From NCBI RefSeq assembly GCF_044704955.1, contig NC_091999.1:50468001-50532000 (forward strand): a DNA stretch of 64,000 bases, read 5' to 3'. Every line of letters begins with the position of its first letter. Position 1 is the stretch's first letter. Below, one piece after another: positions 47,097 to 59,488 of this stretch. Below the pieces are notes generated by a model. That model ran no database searches, was not told the origin of the DNA, and saw only the letters and a list, made by a program, of their open reading frames with translations. A program made the position numbers and the translations under genes. This DNA comes from Pristiophorus japonicus (lineage: Eukaryota).

Positions 47097-49102
47097 ATGA
47101 AGATAACCATAGCCAGCCTCAACATCAACGGCGGCAGAGGGGCACGCCGTAGATTTGACAATTTTTCGCTCCTGCGGGAGGGGAAATATGCGGTGGAGCC
47201 TTTCCTGCGCCTCTTGCGGACGAGGTTGACGGGACTGGCTCTGCAAGGGCCGGGCGTGGAAGTCGTCCTCTCGGCTTACGCCGATGACGTGCTCCTCGCG
47301 GTAGAGGATCCCGCTGACCTGCGGAGGATGTGTGAGTGCCAGGAGATTTATTCGACCGCGTCCTCCGCCAGAATCAATTGGGAGAAATGTTCCGGACTCC
47401 TGGTGGGTCAGTGGCGGGTGGACTCCCTGCCGGAGGAGCTCAGGCTTTTTGCCTGGAGCACGACCCATCTCCTCTATCTGGAAGTCTACCTTAGCCCCGA
47501 CGAGGAAGTGTGGGTGGCGAACTGGCAGGAGCTGGAGGCCAAGGTCGCCGCTCGCCTAGGCCGCTGGACAGGACTGCTCCGAGTGCTGTCCTACAGGGGT
47601 CGAGCGCTAGTCATAAACCAGCTGGTGGCAGCCATGTTGTGGTACCGGCTGGTCACTTTGAGCCCTCCCCCTGCGTTTGTCGCCAAGATACAGAAGAAGC
47701 TGGTGGACTTCTTCTGGAACAACAGGAAGCACTGGGTCTCTGCCGCGGTCTTGAGTCTCCCGCTTGGGGAGGGTGGTCAGTCGTTGTTGTGCGTCAGCGC
47801 CCAGCTCGCGACTTTCCATCTTCAGACCCTGCAGAGATATCTTTACGTCGAGCCTCCTCCTAGGTGGCCTGCTCTGGCAATGTATTTATTTCGCCAGCAG
47901 CACGGCCTCAACAACAACACGCAGCTCCTGTTTGTGAGTGTGGGGGCGTCAGGACCGCCCTCCGGGAGCTGCCTGTCTTTTACAAGGAACTCATCAGGGT
48001 CTGGAACAAAGTCTCCAGCAATCCCAGCTCTGCACCGGCTGGAGTGGCGGCCGTCCTGCAGGAGCCGCTGCTCGGGAATCCGTAACTCCACGGCCGAGGT
48101 TTTTTGTGGCGGTCGGATGAGAGGGCTGTGGCTGGTGAGGTGACCAGAGTCAGGGACCTGCTCGATGGCGGAGGAGCGGGCTGGATGGCGCCAGACACGC
48201 TGGCACGGCGCCTAAATTCTGCCAACGTCCGCAATGCGGCCGATGCCATCGAGTCGCTAAAAAGAGCTCTGGTCCCCGACTCCGTTTGGTGCATCGAGAA
48301 GGCTCAAGCACGTGGGGAGATCCCGTCCGAACTGACCCCCGTCCGGACAGAATTCCTCATTGGCGCCAAACCCCGGAACCTCCCTCGGGGGCCGGCGCCT
48401 CACAACTTGAGCCGCCTCGGGGAAATCCCCTCCGTGCCTTTCAGTTCCACGCGGAGGGGTTTCCTGTACGGGCTGCTCCTGCACACTCTCAACTTTGCCA
48501 ACCTCGCCTGCCGTCCGGACACGCCATGGCGTACCATCTTGCCGTCCGGAAGAGGCGCGGGTCACCGATGGAGGGCACTCGACGCAGGCGTCCTCCCAGT
48601 ATTTATCGGGGACTTGGCCTGGAGGGTGGTGCACGGAGCAGTCCCGTGCAATAAATTATTAAGCCGGTTCACGGGCTCCCAGGCCGCCTTCAATTTCTGC
48701 GGTCTAAAAGAGTCCGTGTTCCATGTTTTTATTGAGTGCACGAGGTTGCAGTCCCTGTTTTGTTATTTAAAGGGGCTGCTCCTGAAATTCTGGCTGCACT
48801 TCAGTCCCACACTCCTGATCTTCGGGCACCCTGTGCGGAGGGGAGCGGGTTGGTCCGAGGGCCTCCTCGTTGGACGGCTCCTGGGCACGGCCAAGGGAGC
48901 CATCAGCCGGTCCAGGCAGCGGGCGGTCGTGGGGGTCGTTCAGCCAGACTGCCTGCCTCTCTTCCGCTCTTACATCCAGTCCAAGCTGTCCTTGGAGATG
49001 GAGCACGCGGTGTCCACCGGTACGCTCGCGGCCTTCCACGAGAGGTGGGCACCGGAGGGACTGGAGTGCATCATCACGCCCGGCAACCAAGTTTTAATTT
49101 GA
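47097..49102 (+). pseudogene. Tx1 ORF2 copy 1, lacking the endonuclease and RT N-half
   Basis: MKITIASLNING..GKYAV is fused at 47195/96 to EPFLRLL..AYADDV. There is a frameshift at ~47945 and a stop at ~48083, then the C-terminal FCGLKESVFHVFIEC. Confidence 0.88.
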
Positions 49103-49285
49103 CTTTAGGTGTTTAATTGCCGGTGCTTTTCGTGTCCCCCTCCCCTTTTGTAGGGGGCACTTGGATAAAAATTCAATTCTGTGCCCAAAAAAAAAAGGAC
49201 ATTGTAAATGTTGGCGTTTCCCCCAGATCGGGGGCACGGTTTAATGTTTTTTGTTTACTCCTAAAGGAGTTTATGCACAAGGAAC

Positions 49286-52200
49286 AATGGTGGCGCTTTG
49301 GAGGCGTGGCCTATTCACTTGGAGCTGTGCTGCTGAGAGAGAAGGAACTCCCTGCTTTGCTCCTGTCTGGGAGGCCTTGAGTGAGCCCTGAGACCAGCCC
49401 AGGAATAGGAGGAGGAAGGAAGGGGCTATATTACCATTCTTCCAGAGGGATAGGAGGAGAGCAGAAGACTGCAACAACTTGATTAATTCTACAAAGATTT
49501 GGAGAAAGGGGGAAAAAACAACTGTGTGGAAGGAGGGAAAGACTTCTTCAACCAGATGTGGGTGTGTTTTGGTGCATTCCCCAATAGACTTTGTTGTATC
49601 GGTGGGGGGAGGAAAGAAGACCTATCGAGGGCCGGAACATCGCGGAGGGTGTGTGTGTGTGTGTGGAAGTGTGTGTGGGGGTCTTGCCTACAGCTAGGCC
49701 CACACTCCACTGAAGCACCCCTCCCCCATTTCCTAGCCTGGGATAGCTGGAGCTACCAGGCTGAAGAAAGTCAATCACCCTAATTAACATGGTTGGGAGT
49801 GTGTAACTGTGTGGCTCCAGCTGCCCCAGGTGAAGACATCTTCTCCACCCACCCGAAGACCACCCCAAAGACTCTTTTGTTTGACATCTGGGAGTGCACC
49901 CACCCACTGCTGTGAGGGGAGACCTGCGCTCGCAGCTTCCCTCTTTCCCATCCCCCCTCTTCCTCTATCTATCTCGCTCTGTCTCTCCCCTCTCTCTCTG
50001 AGAGCCCTTTCCTCCTAATTAAAAAAAAACAAACAATTAAGACAACTGAGCAGAGGGAGCAAGGCCACTCCCCAATTGCCAACTAGGGGAGAGGTGTGCC
50101 TCTTTCAGAGCTCCCTCTCTTCAAATATTTAAACGAGGCCATTTAAGACCATTAAGGCCTGTGACTTTGGGGTGGGTGTAGCCGTTAAAGGGACCCCGTG
50201 AAGGCGACCGCATCCACGCCGGTGGCAGGGCCAGCTAGGCCATATGCGCAGGTGGCAAGCGCTTCCACGGCACCTCCTGCGTCTCCTGCTGCCTGCCACC
50301 ATTCAGACTGATAATTAAAAAACACGGGGTCAAGAGCTACACTCACCCCACAATGAGCATCGAGCAGTGCGTGCGTGCGATGGCTGGGGTAGTCGGCACC
50401 TCGACCATTGTCGCAGCCTCCAAGATGTCTGGGAAGGCCGTGTTCTTCCTGGGGTCGGAGCGGGCGGTGTCCCTGGCCGTCGAAAAGGGGCTCACGGTGG
50501 GCAGGACGTTTCTGCCGGTAGACCCTCTCGAGGCCACCGCGCAGAGGGTCATTCTATCGAACGTCCCGCCCTTTGTTCCCGCTGAGCTACTCCTCCCTCA
50601 CCTACACCAACTGGGGGAGGTAAGGTCGGGGATCAACCCCATACCGCTCGGCCTCAGGGAGAACAGCCTGCGCCATGTGATCTCCTTCCGCCGCCAGCTC
50701 TTTGTCCGGCTGCCGCGGGAGGAGACAACAGAGGGCAATTTTAATGTGGGGCATGAGGGGACTGCCTACCGCGTCTTCTGGACGTCGGACGGCGTGCGTT
50801 GCCATGCCTGTAGGGAGGTGGGACACGTTCGCAAGAACTGCCCCGCCTCCAAAGCCGCCAAACCACCGAAGGCGGCCAAGGCTGGCGCCGCCACCACCCC
50901 TCCCCCTAGTTGCGTTCGCGTGCCGGAAGCCGTCGGTGCGCGGGCATCGTCGGGGGCCTTTGTTTTCAGGGCCTCCGGCGGGGGGGAGGGAGAGCGTCCG
51001 GCCGGAAGGAAGGCGCGGAAGAAGACGAAACATCTCGAGGCGGGTCCCTTCGGTGCGCCAGACAATCTGTTTATCACGCTCAGCCCAACCCCGTCACCGG
51101 CGAGCGCGGGGTGCCCTGAGCCCGTGCCCGAGCCCTCGATCAATACCGCAGAGGTGTTCGGGCGCGGGCATGATAAGGAAAAGGGGGGAGTGGAGCAGGA
51201 GGCCTCGGCAGACATGGGGGTCTCCTTGCCTCCGCTCACTCCCAGGAACAAAAGGAGGCGCCGCTCCAATGAGGCGGAGGGGGAACAACATCCCTCCGTG
51301 GAGAAGTCGGTGCCCGCCGCGTGTCCCGCGTCCCCCACCAGCGCCCCCAAGCTGCGCTGTAGGCGAGAGGAGTCTGTCCCCGGGGAGGGTGAGACATTCG
51401 AGGCTGCCCAGCCGCTGCCTCCCGGGGATGGCGTGAAAGATCTGCCTGTCGTGGGGGGCGTGGGGCCAGCGGAAGAATGTGTAGCCGCTGGATCGAGCGT
51501 CTCGGGGACTGAGGCGGGCGGGGCCGAAAAGGCCAAACCAGAGCCCGCTCAGCCAATACCCAACTTCCCCCGGGATTTGCTCGACTCGGCAGAAACTGAC
51601 ACTGCAGACAACTGTAATATACATCCACACGCTGGGCCGGGGTTGGCGGTGGGGAGGGGGAAGAACAACAAAGCTCGCCCCCTACTTTGGAGCTGAGGGA
51701 CTTGATGGACCTGGAGAATTTCCTAAACCAGGTCTCTCCATGTTCCCCGGATCCTGGGGCGGAGGAGGAACCCCTTCCGCTGAAGCTTCCCGACCCAGCA
51801 CCAATTTTAGAAGAGCCCAGTGGGGACACCTCTGCTGACGATTCTGGGGGTGGGATCGGAACAGAGCCAGGGCCAGATGGAGCGGCCGGGCCGTTTGCCG
51901 TATCTCGTGCGGTCGACGGGCCGGCTGCTATTGGCAACCTCCCGGAGGGGGACGGGGACTCGGTGGGGGCCGCGGGTGAAGATCTCGAGTGCATCGCCTG
52001 TGAGGAGGTGGTTCTGCTCGCGGCCGCCGCTGAGACCCTCCTCATTCCTGCAAAAGAACTCTGGGACTTTTTGGTCCAGTGCCGGGGTCGCCGCGACCAA
52101 ACCTGACTGGCCCTGGAAAGATGGTCTGAGCCGGTGTTGCTCATCGCTTCCGTCCACGCCGCCACTAAAACCATGGCCGCGGGTGGGCCCTTATCAAAGG

Positions 52201-55200
52201 CTCAAGGCTTTGAGATGAGCCGGCTCCAAAAGTTCCTCGCTGGGCTGCTGAAGGAGTGGAGGTCAACAAACGACTCCACTCCCCCTCCCACAATAGGTTA
52301 GGTAGAGGTTGCACTATGCTCTAGTCATGAAGATAACCATAGCCAGCCTCAACATCAACGGCGGCAGAGAGGCACGCCGTAGATTTGACAATTTTTCGCT
52401 CATGCGGGAGGGGAAATATGCGGTGTGCTTCCTGCAAGAAACCTACACCGTTCCGGGAGATGAAGCCACGTGGCTCCTGGAATGGCAAGGAGAGGTCCGC
52501 ATGAGGCACATCACTACCACTTCTAGTGGGGTGGCCATCTTGTTGGCCCCGCATTTTCAGCCGGAGATCTTGGGGGTCGAGGATCTCGTTCCAGGCCGCT
52601 TGCTGCACGTAAAGGTTCGCCTGGGGGACGTGCCACTCCATCTCGTGAACGTGTACGCCCGTCAGCCCGGCCCGCAGCAAGTGCGCTTCTTCGAAGAAGT
52701 GTTCGCTCTTCTTGGCTCCGTCGACGTCGGCGACTGCATTATCCTCGGGGGGGGGGGATTTTAACTGCACCCTCGAGGCGATGGACCGCTCCAGTGCCCC
52801 GCAGAGCATGACGGTGATGGAGAAGTTGAGGGACCTGGTCGGGTCCTTCGACTTGGTGGACGTCTGGCGAAATCTCCATCCCGACTCCAGCGCCTTTACT
52901 TGGGTGAGGCCTGGAGTAGGATGGTCCACAGTCGACCGCGTTTACGTGTCTCGGGCAGACGTTTCCTGCGTCCTGGCGGCCTCCATGCGGCCGGTGCCAT
53001 GTTCGGACCACCACCTGGTCTGGGCGGAGCTCGCTTCGCTCCGCACGAGAACGGGGTCCGCATAGTGGTATTTTATCAACCAGCTGCTGGAGGACGTTTC
53101 TGGGCCGACAGGAGAAGGAAGCAGGGTGGCTTCCCCTCCTTGAGGCTATGGTGGGACGTGGGCAAGGCTCACGTCCGCGTCTTCTGTCAAGAATACGCGA
53201 GCGGCTCGACCAAGAGGCGGGCGGCCAGGGTCGGGCGCCTGGAAAAAGAGGTGCTCGAACTGGAGCCCGTCTCGGTCAAGTCTTCCAGGACCCGGCCCTG
53301 CGGATGGTGTACGAAGCGAAGACGGCCGCGCTGAAGGATCTGCAGCTCGTCGGGTCCCGAGGCGCGTTCGTGAGGTCGCGGATCCGGTTCCTGCGGGATC
53401 TGGACCGTGACTCCGCCTTTCTTCTACTCGCTGGAAAAAAGAGAGGGTGTCGGTAAGCAGCGCTTGACGCTGCTGGCCGACGACGGCTCTCTATCTCGGA
53501 TCCGGAGGGCGTCAACAACATGGCCCGTGAATATTACGGGGCTCTGTTCTCTCCGGATCCGTCCAGCGAGGAAGTGCATAGAGTTTTGTGGGAGGACCTG
53601 CCGAAGGTCAGCCCGGAGGGCGCCGAAAATCTGGAAGCTCCGCTAAGCCTGGCGGAGCTGACCGGTGCCCTCGACCGGCTCTCGAGGGGAATATCCCCGG
53701 GGCTGGACGGGCAGACCGTGGAGTTCCACAGGGCGTTCTGGGACGTCCTGGGGAGCGACTACGCGCGGGTCCTGGGGGAAAGTCTGGCGACCGGGGAGAT
53801 GCCCCTCTCTTGGCGCAGGGCAGTCATCGTCCTGCTGCCTAAGAAGGGCGATCTCCGCCTCCTTAAAAACTGGCGCCCGGTCTCCCTCCTCAGCACGGAC
53901 TACAAAATCTTTGCCAGGGCGATGTCTGCTCGCCTTGGTGCCGTGCTGGACCACATGATCCACCCCGACCAGTCCTGCACGGTCCCGGGCCGGACAATCC
54001 ACGCTAACATCCATCTGGTCCGGGACCTCATCCATCATTTCCAGGAGGCTGGTCTGACGGTCGCCTTCCTATCCCTCGACCAAGAGAAGGCGTTCGACAG
54101 GGTGGATCACGACTATCTGCTCGGAACTCTGCGCGCTTTCGGCTTCGGGACGCATTTCGTCGCCCGGATCCGACTTTTGTACGCCGCCGTGGAGTGTGTG
54201 ATTAAGGTTAACGGGTCCTTGACGGCGCCCCTTCGCTTTAGGAGAGGGGTGATCCAGGGATGCCCCATGTCTGGCCAGTTATACGCCGTCTGCGTGGAGC
54301 CTTTCCTGCGCCTCTTGCGGACGAGGTTGACGGGACTGGCTCTGCAAGGGCCGGGCGTGGAAGTCGTCCTCTCGGCTTACGCCGATGACGTGCTCCTCGC
54401 GGTAGAGGATCCCGCTGACCTGCGGAGGATGCGTGAGTGCCAAGAGATTTACTCGGCTGCATCCTCCGCCAGAATCAACTGGGAGAAATATTCCTGGTTC
54501 CTGGTGGGTCAGTGGCGGGTGGACTCCCTGCCGGAGGAGCTCAGGCCTTTTGCCTGGAGCACGACCCATCTCCTCTACCGGGGAGACTACCTTCGCCCCG
54601 ACGAGGGAGCCTGGCCGGCGAACTGGCAGGAGCTGGAGGCCAAGGTCGCCGCTCGCCTAGGGCGCTGGACAGGACTGCTCCGAGTGCTGCCCTACAGGGG
54701 TCGAGCGCTAGTCATAAACCAGCTGGTGGCCGCAATGCTGTGGTACCTGCTGGTCACTTTGACCCCTTCCCCTGCGTTTGCCACCAAGATACAGAAGAAG
54801 CTGGTGGACTTCTTCTGGAACAACAGGAAGCACTGGGTCTCTGCCGCGGTCTTGAGTCTCCCGCTTGAGGAGGGCGGTCAGTCGTTGGTGTGCGTCAGCG
54901 CCCAGCTTGCGAATTTCCATCTTCAGACCCTGAAGAGATACCTTTACGTCGAGCCCCCTCCTAGGTGGTGTGCTCTGGCGAGGTATTTCTTCCGCGAGTA
55001 GCACAGCCTCAACTACGACACGCAGCTCCTGTTTGTGAGTGTGGGGGGCGTCAGGACAGCCCGCCGGGAGCTGCCTGTCTTTTACAAGGAACTCATCAGG
55101 GTCTGGAACAAAGTCTCCACCAAGCGCAGCTCTCCGCCGGCTGGAGTGGCGGCCGTCCTGCAGGAGCCGCTGCTCGGGAATCCGTACCTCCACGGCCGAG

Positions 55201-56400
55201 GTTTTAGGTGGCGGTCGGACGAGAGGGCTGTGGCTGGTGAGGTGACCAGGGTCAGTGACCTGCTCGATGGCGGAGGAGCGGGCTGGATGGCGCCAGACAC
55301 GCTGGCGCGGCGCCTAAATTCTGCCAATGTCCGCCACGCGGCCGATGCCATCGAGTCGCTAAAAACAGCTCTGGGCCCCGACTCCTTTAGGTGCATCGAG
55401 GAGGCTCAAGCACGTGGGGAGATCCCGTCCGAACTGACCCCCGTCCAGACGGAATTCCTCATCGGCGCCAAACCCCGGAACCTCCCTCGGGGGCCGGCGC
55501 CTCACAACTTGAGCCGCCTCGGGGAAATCCCCTCCATGCCTTTCAGTTCCACGCAGAGGGGTTTCCTGTACGGGCTGCTCCTGCACACTCTCAACTTTGT
55601 CATCCTCGCCTGCTGTCCTTACACGCCATGGCGTACCATCTTGCCGTGCGGAGGAGGCGGGGGTCCTCGATGGAGGGCACTCTACGCAGGGGTCCTCCCA
55701 CTATTTGTCGGGGACTTGGCCTGGAGGGTGGTGCACGGAGCAGTGCCGTGCAATAAATTTTTAAGCCGGTTCACGCGCTCCCAGGCCGCCTGTAATTTCT
55801 GCGGTCTGGAAGAGTCCGTGTTCCATGTTTTTATTGAGTGCACGTGGTTGCAGCCCCTGTTCTGTAATTTAAAGGGGCTGCTCCTGAAATTCTGGCTGCA
55901 CTTTAGTCCCACACGCCTGATCTTCTGGCACCCTGTGCGGAGGGGAGCGGGTAGGTCCGAGGGCCTTCTCGTAGGACTGCTCCTGGGCACGGCCAAGGGG
56001 GCCATCAGCCGGTCCAGGCAGCAGGCGGTCGAGGGGTTCGTTCAGCCATACTTCCTGCCTCTCTTCTGCGCATACATCCGGTCCAGGGTGTCCTTGGAGA
56101 TGGAGCACGCGGTGTCCACCGGTACGCTCGCGGTCTTCCGCGAGAGGTGGGCACCAGAGGGACTGGAGTGCATCGTCACGCCCGGCAACCAAATTTTAAC
56201 TTGATTTTATATTTTTAAGTTAATTTGTTTTAATTGCCGGTGCTTTTAGTGTCCCCCTTCCCTTTTATAGGGGGCACTTGGAAAAAAAATTTGATTCTGT
56301 GCCCCAAAAAAAAAAAAATTTAAAAAAGGGACTTGTAAATGTTGGTGTTTCCCACAGATCGGGGGGCACGGTTTAATTATTTTGTTTACTCCTAAAAGAG
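49286..56400 (+). mobile_element. Tx1-clade retrotransposon copy 2 (full length ~7.1 kb, both ORFs disrupted)
   Basis: ORF1 spans ~50200-52295 with the start codon mutated and frameshifts. ORF2 spans 52327-56204. Confidence 0.93.
52327..56204 (+). pseudogene. Tx1 ORF2 copy 2 (APE endonuclease, RT, C-terminal CCHC), several frameshifts and stops
   Basis: Motifs: SLNING, LQET, VNVYA, GDFN, SDHH; SPGLDG, NWRPVSLL, LDQEKAFD, QGCPMS, YADD; CNFCGLEESVFHVFIEC. Confidence 0.9.
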
Positions 56401-57360
56401 TTTGATGCACAAAGACCAATGGTGGAGCTTTGGAGGCGTGGCCTCTTCACTTGGAGCTGTGCTGCTGAGAGAGAAGGAACTCCCTGCTTTGCTCCTGTCT
56501 GGGATGCCTTGACTGAGCCCTGAGAACAGACCAGGAATAGGAGGAGGAAGGAAGGAGCTTCATTACCATTTATCCAGAGTGAGAGGAGGAGAGCAGAAGA
56601 CTGCAACACCATTATTATTCCTACGAAGAGTTCGAGAGAGGGGAAAAAAAAAGAACAACAACTTACCAGTGTGGAAGGAGGGAAAGACTTCTTCAACCAG
56701 AGGTGGGTGTGTTTTGGTGCATTCCCCAAAAAGACTTTGTTTTATCGGTTGGGGGGAGGAAAGAAGACCAATTGAGGGCCGGAACATCGCGGGGTGTGTG
56801 TGTGTGTGTGTGTGTGTGTGTTGAAGTGTGTGTGGGGGTCTTGCCTACAGCTAGGCCCACACACCACTGAAGCACCCCTCCACCATTGCCTAGCCTGGGA
56901 TAGCTGGAGCTACCTGGCTGAAGAAACTCAATCACCCTGAATAACATCGGTGGGAGTGTGTACCTGTGTGGCTCCAGCTGTCCCAGGTGAAGACATCTTC
57001 TCCACCCACCCGAAGACCACCCCAAAGACTGTTTTGTTTGACATCTGGGGAGTGCACCCACCCATCGCTGTGAGGGGAGACCAGCCCTCGCAGCTTCCCT
57101 CTTTTCCACGTCGCCTGGCTCTTTCACTCTTTCTCTGTCTCTCCCCTCTCTCTCTGAGAGCCTTTCCTCCCAATTGGGAAAAAAAGACAAGAACAATTAA
57201 GACAACTGAGCAGAGGGAGCAAGGACCCTCCCCAATTGCCAACTAGGGGAGAGGTGTGCCTCTTTCAGAGCTCCCTCTGTTCAAATACTTAAACGAGGCC
57301 ATTTAAGACCATTAAGGCCTGTGACTTTGGGGTGGGTGTAGGCCTTAAAGGGACCCTGTG

Positions 57361-59286
57361 ATGGCGACCCCATCCACGCCGGTGGCAGGGCCAGCGAGGA
57401 CATATGCGCAGGTGGCAACCGCTTCCACGGCACCTCCTGTGCCTCCTGCTGCCCTGCCACCATTCAGACTTATAGCCAAGAAACACGGGGTCAAGAGCTA
57501 CACTCACCCCACAATGAGCATCGAGCAGTGCGTGCGGGCGATGGCTGGGGTAGTCGGCCACTCGGCCATTGTTGCAGCCTCCAAGATGTCTGGGAAGGCC
57601 GTGTTCTTCCTGGGGTCAGAGCGAGCGGTGTCCCTGGCCATTGAAAAGGGGCTCACGGTGGGCGGGACGTTCCTGCCGGTGCATCCTCTCGAGGCCACCG
57701 CGCAGAGGGTCATCATTTCAAACGTCCCGCCCTTTGTTGCCGCTGAGCTCCTCCTTCCTCACCTACACCAACTGGGGGAGGTAAGGCCGGGGATCAACCC
57801 CATACCGCTCGGCCTCAGGGAGAACAGCCTGCGCCATGTGTTCTCCTTCCGCCATCAGCTCTTTGTCCGGCTGGCGCGGGAGGAGACGACGGAGGGCTAT
57901 TTTAATGTGGTGCACGAGGGGACTGCCTACCGCGTCTTCTGGACGTCGGACGGCGTGCGGTGCCATGCCTGCAGGGAGGTGGGGCACGTTCGCAAGAACT
58001 GCCCCGCCTCCAAAGCCGCCAAACCACCGAAGGCGGCAAAGGCTGGTGCCGCCGCCACCCCTCCCCCGAGTAGCGTCCACGTGCCGGGAGCCGTAGGTGC
58101 GCGGGAATCGTCGGAGGCCTTTGTTTTCACGGCCTCCGGCGGGGGGGAGGGAGAGCGTCCGAGCGGAAAGAAGGCACGGAAGAAGACGAAACATCTAGAG
58201 GCGGGACCCCTCAGTGCGCCAGACAATCTGTTTACCGCGCTCGGGCCAACCCCGTCACCGGCGAGCGCGGGGTGCCCTGAGCCCGTGCCCGAGCCCTTGA
58301 CCAGTATCACAGAGGCGCTCGGGCGCGGGCAAGAAAAGAAAAAGGCGGGGGTGGAGCGGGAGGCCTCGTCAGACATGAAGGTCTCCCTGCCTCCACGCCC
58401 TCCCAGGAACAAAAGGAGGTGCGGCTCCAATGAGGCGGAGGGGGAACAACATCCCTCCGCGGAGGAGTCGGTGCCCGCCGCGTGTCCCGCGTCCCCCACC
58501 AGAGCCCCCAAATTGCGCTGTAGGCGCGAGGAATCTGTACCCGGGGAGGGTGAGGCAGTCGAGGCTGCCCGGCCTCTGCCTCCCGGGGATGGCGTGAATG
58601 ATCTGCCTGTCGTGGGGTGCGTGGGGCCAGCGGTGGAATGCGTAGCCGCCGGGTCGAGCGTGCCCGGGACTGAGGCAGCCGGGGCCGAACAGGCCGAACC
58701 TGAGCCCGCCCAGCTATTAATTATCTGCCCCCTAGAGTCGCTCGGCCCGGAAGAAACTGAAAATGGATTAATTTTAACGATTCTGTACACGCTGGGCCGG
58801 GGGGGTGGCGGCGGGGAGGGGGAAGAACAACAACCTTCGCCACCTACTTTGGAGCTGGGGTACTTGGTGGACCTGGAACATTACTTTGACCAGGTCTCTC
58901 CGTGTTCCCCGGTTCCTGGGGCGGAGGAGGAACGCCTTCCGCTGTCGCTTCCCGACCCAGTACCAATTTTACAAGAGCCCAGTGGGGACTCCTCTGCCGA
59001 CGATCCTGGGGGTGGGATCGGGGCAGAGCCGGGGCCAGATGGAGCGGCCGGGCCGTTTGCCGTACCTCGTGCGGTCGACGGGCCGGCTGCTGACGGCGAC
59101 CTCCCGGAGGAGGACGGGGACTCGGTGGGGGACGCGGGTGAAGATCTCGAGTCCATCGCCAGTGAGGCGGTGGATCTCCTCGTGACCGCCGCTGATTCCC
59201 CCGTCATTCCCGTAGAGGAACTCCGGGACTTTTTGGTCCAGAGCCAGGGTCGCCGCAACCAAACCCATCTGGCCCGGGAAAGATGA
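57361..59286 (+). CDS. Tx1 ORF1 copy 3 (ends early at a TGG>TGA change)
   Basis: This is the 642-aa ORF with the CCHC knuckle. Copies 1 and 2 have TGG at the stop position. Confidence 0.8.
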   Translation: MATPSTPVAGPARTYAQVATASTAPPVPPAALPPFRLIAKKHGVKSYTHPTMSIEQCVRAMAGVVGHSAIVAASKMSGKAVFFLGSERAVSLAIEKGLTVGGTFLPVHPLEATAQRVIISNVPPFVAAELLLPHLHQLGEVRPGINPIPLGLRENSLRHVFSFRHQLFVRLAREETTEGYFNVVHEGTAYRVFWTSDGVRCHACREVGHVRKNCPASKAAKPPKAAKAGAAATPPPSSVHVPGAVGARESSEAFVFTASGGGEGERPSGKKARKKTKHLEAGPLSAPDNLFTALGPTPSPASAGCPEPVPEPLTSITEALGRGQEKKKAGVEREASSDMKVSLPPRPPRNKRRCGSNEAEGEQHPSAEESVPAACPASPTRAPKLRCRREESVPGEGEAVEAARPLPPGDGVNDLPVVGCVGPAVECVAAGSSVPGTEAAGAEQAEPEPAQLLIICPLESLGPEETENGLILTILYTLGRGGGGGEGEEQQPSPPTLELGYLVDLEHYFDQVSPCSPVPGAEEERLPLSLPDPVPILQEPSGDSSADDPGGGIGAEPGPDGAAGPFAVPRAVDGPAADGDLPEEDGDSVGDAGEDLESIASEAVDLLVTAADSPVIPVEELRDFLVQSQGRRNQTHLARER

Positions 59287-59488
59287 TCCGAGCTGGGGCT
59301 GCTCATCGCTTCCGTCCGCACCGCCACTAAAACCATGGCCGCGGGCGGGCCCTTACTAAAGGCGCAAGGCCTTGAGCTGCGCCGGCTCAAAAGGTTCCTC
59401 GCTGGGCTGCTGAAGGAGTGGAGGTCAACAAACGACTCCACTCCCCCCGCCACAATAGGTTAGGTCGAGGTTGCACTATGCTTTTGTC

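Larger units (their letters stand above)
44084..49269 (+). mobile_element. Tx1-clade non-LTR retrotransposon copy 1 (5.2 kb, ~1.9 kb internal deletion in ORF2)
   Basis: It has a ~0.93 kb 5' UTR, ORF1, a deleted ORF2 and the 3' UTR, and is collinear with copies 2 and 3. Confidence 0.92.
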
